Positions 37,755 through 42,120 of a DNA stretch of 42,120 nt are shown in pieces. Source of the stretch: a virus (taxonomy: Duplodnaviria; Heunggongvirae; Uroviricota; Caudoviricetes); the IMG/VR virus record IMGVR_UViG_2534681763_000019; one strand, given 5' to 3'. The notes beneath the pieces were generated by a model, which was not told the DNA's origin, made no database searches, and saw only the letters and a program-made list of their open reading frames with translations. The stretch's first letter is position 1; each line of letters begins with the position of its first letter. The position numbers and the translations under genes are program-made.

Positions 37755-38171
37755 ATGGAAACCCTATTCAAAGTTTTTGAAAAATTTAGTTCCAGACCAC
37801 TTTTTTTTATTTTTTTCGGACTCTCACTTTGTGAATTTTTTCAGAAACAATCTGTTCTGATGAATCCATCAGCAGATAACATCGCGAAATTATTCGCAGC
37901 CATGATATTAGTTGTTTTTTTTACTTGGGGATTTGAATGGCTAATCTTCAAGTTCAATGTAAACCTTGAACCTCATGATCAAGGCGATATTGGACCAACA
38001 ATTGGAACGGCTACTTTAGCTGTATACTTAGTTTATGCCTTTCACTTTCTCAGTGAAAATCCTGAAGCATTAAATTTAAAGTTATTAACTAACTCTGGCT
38101 TTATATACAGCACAACTCTATTATTATTCTCATTAGAATGCATGAAGCTTAGAAGACTTAAACAAAAATAA
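37755..38171 (+). CDS. Small hydrophobic protein
   Basis: 138-aa AT-rich ORF with 3-4 hydrophobic helices, directly downstream of the integrase. Confidence 0.5.
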   Translation: METLFKVFEKFSSRPLFFIFFGLSLCEFFQKQSVLMNPSADNIAKLFAAMILVVFFTWGFEWLIFKFNVNLEPHDQGDIGPTIGTATLAVYLVYAFHFLSENPEALNLKLLTNSGFIYSTTLLLFSLECMKLRRLKQK

Positions 38172-38242
38172 ACAACATCATTGTGATGATAAATATAAAA
38201 TAGGCATGGCGAAAAAAAATCACCACGCCTAAAATATAATAA

Positions 38243-40009
38243 TTATGGTAGCATCATTGATACATAATCCACACCAATCCTTGAGCTATACTGAGACGCT
38301 ATAGCCTGATATCTTTCTGCATAACCAGTTCTCAGTTGAGATTTAAGTTTGAGTCGGACAGGAACATTTTGCACGTTGCCATCCATATTACTTAAAAACA
38401 CGGCAGAAATAATATTTTTTTCTTCGCCATCAACTGTTGTTCCATGATTCAACACCACCATATAATCAACAACAGGAAGCGTTTTATCCCCTTCGAAAAT
38501 AGAGAGATATTTTCTTTGATTTTTATGCATTACATATATATATTTCGAATGTTCAGCAAATGGCAATGCTTTACTCTGACTGGCGTTAAAAAGCTCCAGA
38601 ACTTTAATGAGCCTGTGCGGACTTAATCTTACATGGTGAGGGTCGTTACCCTGAGTAGGAACCAAATCACATGCCGCAGATACACATAAATACCATTTGT
38701 TCGACTCTGTATCAAAGAAAATAGTGCCAGTAGAAATATGACCATCTTCAAAATTCTTTGAAGACAAATTCATATTTAAAGCATGATACATTTCGTGATA
38801 AGTATCATTATTTGATGGCAGATCCATTTTTGAAGAGCAATATTGGAGCAATGCAGCAACTCCGCTGTTAGCGTATTCATTTGAATAGCTATCAAAAACA
38901 CTTTTGATAAATTCATCCAGCGTATTATTATTTTTAAGTCTTTGATAAAGCTCTTCTGATAAATTACCAAATACAAAGTCAATATTTCTACATCTAATAT
39001 CAGGCGAGTCTGATTTTAATATCTCATTTAACCACGCAGCTTGACCGTAATGATCGTTAGCCAAATGATTTACAAAAGATAAAGCCTCAGCTTCGATTGC
39101 ATTCTGAATTTCAGATTTTATTAACTGATAATAAGATGGTTTCCATTCAATGAGAGAATCATTGAGAGTTTGCCAAATCCTATCTCCATCGTTTTCATGA
39201 TCATCTTGAACCTTATGAAATAGGGAGACAAAGATATTACCACATTGAATCCATTTTACTCCGCTTTCATCACCCCGAATGACATTGCCAGATGTGTTGC
39301 TAGAAATAATTGCATTTCTAGACACAGCATATTCTGCAATCATTTTTGCAATGAAGTTTTTATCCTTTTGATCCTCCAACACAGCATCATCATGTATTAA
39401 TCTTTTAATTCTTCTACAAGGCTTACTGTCTTTAATATAGGCTATTGTTTCATCTCTTGTGAGAGCTTTATTACCATTATCATTTAAGTTCGGTAATACA
39501 ACGTCTTCCCAATAACTTTGGACATCTTCATTATCGTAGTCAATGATCAAGCTGTTGATATCCAGAGCACCTTTGAGAGTCGATGATATCTGCATCCAAA
39601 CCGTTTCTAAATTCTCTCTAGTATATATTACAATCATATTTAAATGATCGGAGTCTTTCAAATCTTGTAATAGTTTAAGTGTTTTATCAGGTGCATTATT
39701 ATCAAGATGATAATCTACAATAATAAGATCTGATTTTCTAATCCGATCCACATCGAAATTAACAGAACCATTGTCAACATCACAAATCATATTTTTAGAT
39801 TGTAAAAAGCTCTCAAGAGTAGCGGCTCGTTTAGATGAGTCAATTTTGTTGTAGTCTAAATCAACTTCGTTATTCAACGCCCTGATTGATTCAGAATACG
39901 TCAGAAAATCGTCATCAATCATGACAACGGAACGAATTGCATTTTCGCAGAAAGTTTTCTGGACAAGAGAATTATAATTTGCCACTGTCATATTAGAACT
40001 CCACTCCAT
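38243..40009 (-). CDS. Receiver (REC)-domain protein with large uncharacterised C-terminal domain
   Basis: 588-aa ORF. N-terminus has receiver-domain hallmarks: acidic pocket VVMIDDD, phospho-Asp-like DLIIVDYHL, conserved Thr MIVIYT. No HTH evident in the ~450-aa C-terminal region. Start overlaps the upstream kinase-like gene by 17 nt. Confidence 0.7.
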   Translation of the reverse strand: MEWSSNMTVANYNSLVQKTFCENAIRSVVMIDDDFLTYSESIRALNNEVDLDYNKIDSSKRAATLESFLQSKNMICDVDNGSVNFDVDRIRKSDLIIVDYHLDNNAPDKTLKLLQDLKDSDHLNMIVIYTRENLETVWMQISSTLKGALDINSLIIDYDNEDVQSYWEDVVLPNLNDNGNKALTRDETIAYIKDSKPCRRIKRLIHDDAVLEDQKDKNFIAKMIAEYAVSRNAIISSNTSGNVIRGDESGVKWIQCGNIFVSLFHKVQDDHENDGDRIWQTLNDSLIEWKPSYYQLIKSEIQNAIEAEALSFVNHLANDHYGQAAWLNEILKSDSPDIRCRNIDFVFGNLSEELYQRLKNNNTLDEFIKSVFDSYSNEYANSGVAALLQYCSSKMDLPSNNDTYHEMYHALNMNLSSKNFEDGHISTGTIFFDTESNKWYLCVSAACDLVPTQGNDPHHVRLSPHRLIKVLELFNASQSKALPFAEHSKYIYVMHKNQRKYLSIFEGDKTLPVVDYMVVLNHGTTVDGEEKNIISAVFLSNMDGNVQNVPVRLKLKSQLRTGYAERYQAIASQYSSRIGVDYVSMMLP

Positions 40010-41711
40010 TGAACTGGATCACAAAATTAGCGCCATCTTTTATTAAATAGTTATCGCCTTCATCAGGTTCTGAATACCATATTTTATGATGTGCAACAGC
40101 AAGGTTTTCTCGACATAGATACAGACCTACCCCATGTCCATTTGCTCTTTTGCTATAAAATAGTTCAAATAGTCGCGGGATATCATCGGTATCAATTGCC
40201 GGACCAGAATTTGCTATGATAACCAAAGAATTCACAAAACCAATCTTTATGAGCCTATTATTTGACAGACTGACCCAATACATTGCATTGTTGATAATAT
40301 TAGTAAAAACAGGATAGATCCTTGATGGTATATCTGTTATTGCGATTTGCTTAAACTCTTCACTAAATTCAATAGTTATTCGTTGCCGTTCGAAACGCTC
40401 CCCAAAGAACTTCAGGACATAATCCATGATATTTTTTCCAGTTATTCTCTGCCTGGATTGATAACCTGATATTTTCAAAGGTGATAAGAAACGTATTTGT
40501 TGAGTAAGCGATCTGTGAGCATTTAACGCCAATGAAAAACCAGGGTGTTCTTTTACAGAAGTAGGAAGAGAGTTTAGTCCTCTGGTTACCATAGAATCCA
40601 TTTCTTCAAGTTCATGAGATATTATCTCAACACTAATACCTAACTGTGCAAGCGCGTTTAAACTTTTAGCTTTTTCTTCAAAATATGAGCGTTCTTCTTC
40701 AGATAATGAGAATGCTGAATCTAAGTTTATACCTTCAAATAATCTATCGAGACCTTTTATTATTGATTGATATTTGAAAGTTAGGGTATCAACTGACTCA
40801 ACATATAAACTATCGAGCAAATTAAACACATTTTCAATTTGTGAATCATTATCTATTGAATCAACAACTGATATAGTTTTAGCATAATAATCACTTCGAT
40901 CAACCTTTATTTCATCGGCCCATTTTTTTAAAAGAGAATGTATCTTCTCCTCTATCGTGTTATTAAACTTAGTTAGTTTAGAATTAATAATACCTTGATT
41001 TTTTTCAAGGTGATTTTTCGCTGACAATGAAGGCTCAAGTTTATTTAATTCAGAATCAAGTTTATTAATTGCTAACTTCATTTGTAGAATATACGCAGAG
41101 AACTCATTAAATTTATCTCTGTAGTCTCTATATTTCTCTTCATACATTCCAAGTTTTGGAGGTTTGATAGGCGTTTTAATTTCACTGCGCAACGCATCTA
41201 AGTTTGTAAGATCACTGTCTATAATTTTAAGATAGTTTAAATCTAACGAACCATCAGTTTTATCAAGCTTAGTTTTCAGCCTTTTAACAGCCTCCAAGGA
41301 AGCATCAAGAACTGGTGTCTGATTCTTCAAAGCTTCTGAAAAACTTTTTTGTGTTGATTTTCGAGCTTGTTGTTGAGCAGATTTTCTTAACTCTTTTTCA
41401 CGCTTAACTTGTTCTAAAAGCTCTTTACGGTCATCAGAACGTGAACCAAAAAATCTATCAGCAAGTTCAGTTAACAAATTAGATATAATAGTTTTCAGTT
41501 CTCTTGCAGCCTGGTTTCTTATGAATCCCTCTCTCCCCGACTTATCTTTCAGCTCTTTATTACTGGATTGAGTAATTCCAATATAACCAAAAATCCTTCT
41601 ATTAGACCAATAATATCGCCCTGCATTCCATGAACGTCTTTCTTCTATCTGGAAGAAATCATTATCTACTCGACCATAAGGTAATACTCTCAAGCTATCC
41701 CTAAAAATCAT
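39993..41711 (-). CDS. Soluble histidine-kinase-like protein (DHp + HATPase_c), 5' end possibly truncated by IS3
   Basis: 572-aa ORF. H-box-like IISHELEEM, N-box FTNIINNAMYW, G1-like IIANSGPAID, G2-like ANGHGVGLY; long coiled-coil-rich region upstream; no TM segments. The same frame stays open upstream of the first Met to the IS3 end at 41832. Confidence 0.7.
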   Translation of the reverse strand: MIFRDSLRVLPYGRVDNDFFQIEERRSWNAGRYYWSNRRIFGYIGITQSSNKELKDKSGREGFIRNQAARELKTIISNLLTELADRFFGSRSDDRKELLEQVKREKELRKSAQQQARKSTQKSFSEALKNQTPVLDASLEAVKRLKTKLDKTDGSLDLNYLKIIDSDLTNLDALRSEIKTPIKPPKLGMYEEKYRDYRDKFNEFSAYILQMKLAINKLDSELNKLEPSLSAKNHLEKNQGIINSKLTKFNNTIEEKIHSLLKKWADEIKVDRSDYYAKTISVVDSIDNDSQIENVFNLLDSLYVESVDTLTFKYQSIIKGLDRLFEGINLDSAFSLSEEERSYFEEKAKSLNALAQLGISVEIISHELEEMDSMVTRGLNSLPTSVKEHPGFSLALNAHRSLTQQIRFLSPLKISGYQSRQRITGKNIMDYVLKFFGERFERQRITIEFSEEFKQIAITDIPSRIYPVFTNIINNAMYWVSLSNNRLIKIGFVNSLVIIANSGPAIDTDDIPRLFELFYSKRANGHGVGLYLCRENLAVAHHKIWYSEPDEGDNYLIKDGANFVIQFNGVEF

Positions 41712-41832
41712 TAGTCCTGCATACTTTTTGGCCTTAAGATCAAAGTGGGAATGTTCACGTTCAGTATGTGATGTATTTTGTGAAAGGAATTCAAACGTTC
41801 CTATCTGAAGCTCAAATGGGCCGACCCCTGCG

Positions 41833-42120
41833 TGATCCTACCCACGTAATATGGACACAGGCCTAAGCGAGGTTCTTGTTTTCAAATTGTTCCGGACTGA
41901 GGCCGCCACACCAACTGTGCCGCCGCCACCGATTGTAATCACATTCGATATAATTAAACACCGTTGCCCGCATTATTTCCCGGCTGATAAAGTGTTCTCC
42001 ATGGATACATTCCACTTTCAGCGAATGAAAGAAGCTTTCCACGCAGGCATTATCGTAGCAGCAACCTTTTGCGCTCATACTTCCACGCAGATTATGCCGC
42101 TTCAGTTGCGCCTGATAATC
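41833..42120 (-). mobile_element. IS3 (partial; right inverted-repeat end, element continues beyond the window)
   Basis: Terminal sequence TGATCCTACCCACGTAATATGGACACAGGCCTAAGCG matches my recollection of the IS3 right inverted repeat; encodes the C-terminus of the IS3-family OrfB transposase. Confidence 0.8.
41863..42120 (-). CDS. IS3-family transposase OrfB, C-terminal part (truncated by window edge)
   Basis: ORF-track 71-aa fragment (...[23 protein letters not shown]...[12 protein letters not shown]) with the frame open to the window edge; DDE transposase C-terminus. Confidence 0.8.

Overview
Enterobacterial smpB-ssrA locus carrying two tandem integrated elements. smpB (1-483) and an intact tmRNA gene (698-1060) are followed by a ~35 kb P2/186-family prophage (about 1061-36276) bounded by 45-bp direct repeats of the ssrA 3' end (1016-1060 and 36277-36321). 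Its gene order is ogr, D-U-T-E/E'-FII-FI-G-H-I-J-W-V, S-R, lysis cassette, X-L-M-N-O, divergent P-Q, an AT-rich cargo hotspot between Q and replication gene A, then dam, early genes, cII-apl, cI and int. A second island begins after attR with a P4/CP4-57-like integrase and ends at a partial IS3 at the window edge. Accessory content: a Septu-like ABC-ATPase + HNH pair between Q and a cos-like site; a HEPN-motif protein and a 288-aa unknown between cos and A; a LexA-box operon with a DinI-like protein; three low-GC morons (a WYL+BRCT-like protein at the attL end, a membrane protein between S and V, a membrane protein between int and attR). The strongest novel candidate is a low-GC two-gene operon at 38243-41832 encoding a soluble histidine-kinase-like protein and a receiver-domain protein with a ~450-aa uncharacterised C-terminal domain, whose 5' end abuts the IS3. 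All calls rest on reading the ORF translations and sequence motifs; no database search was run.
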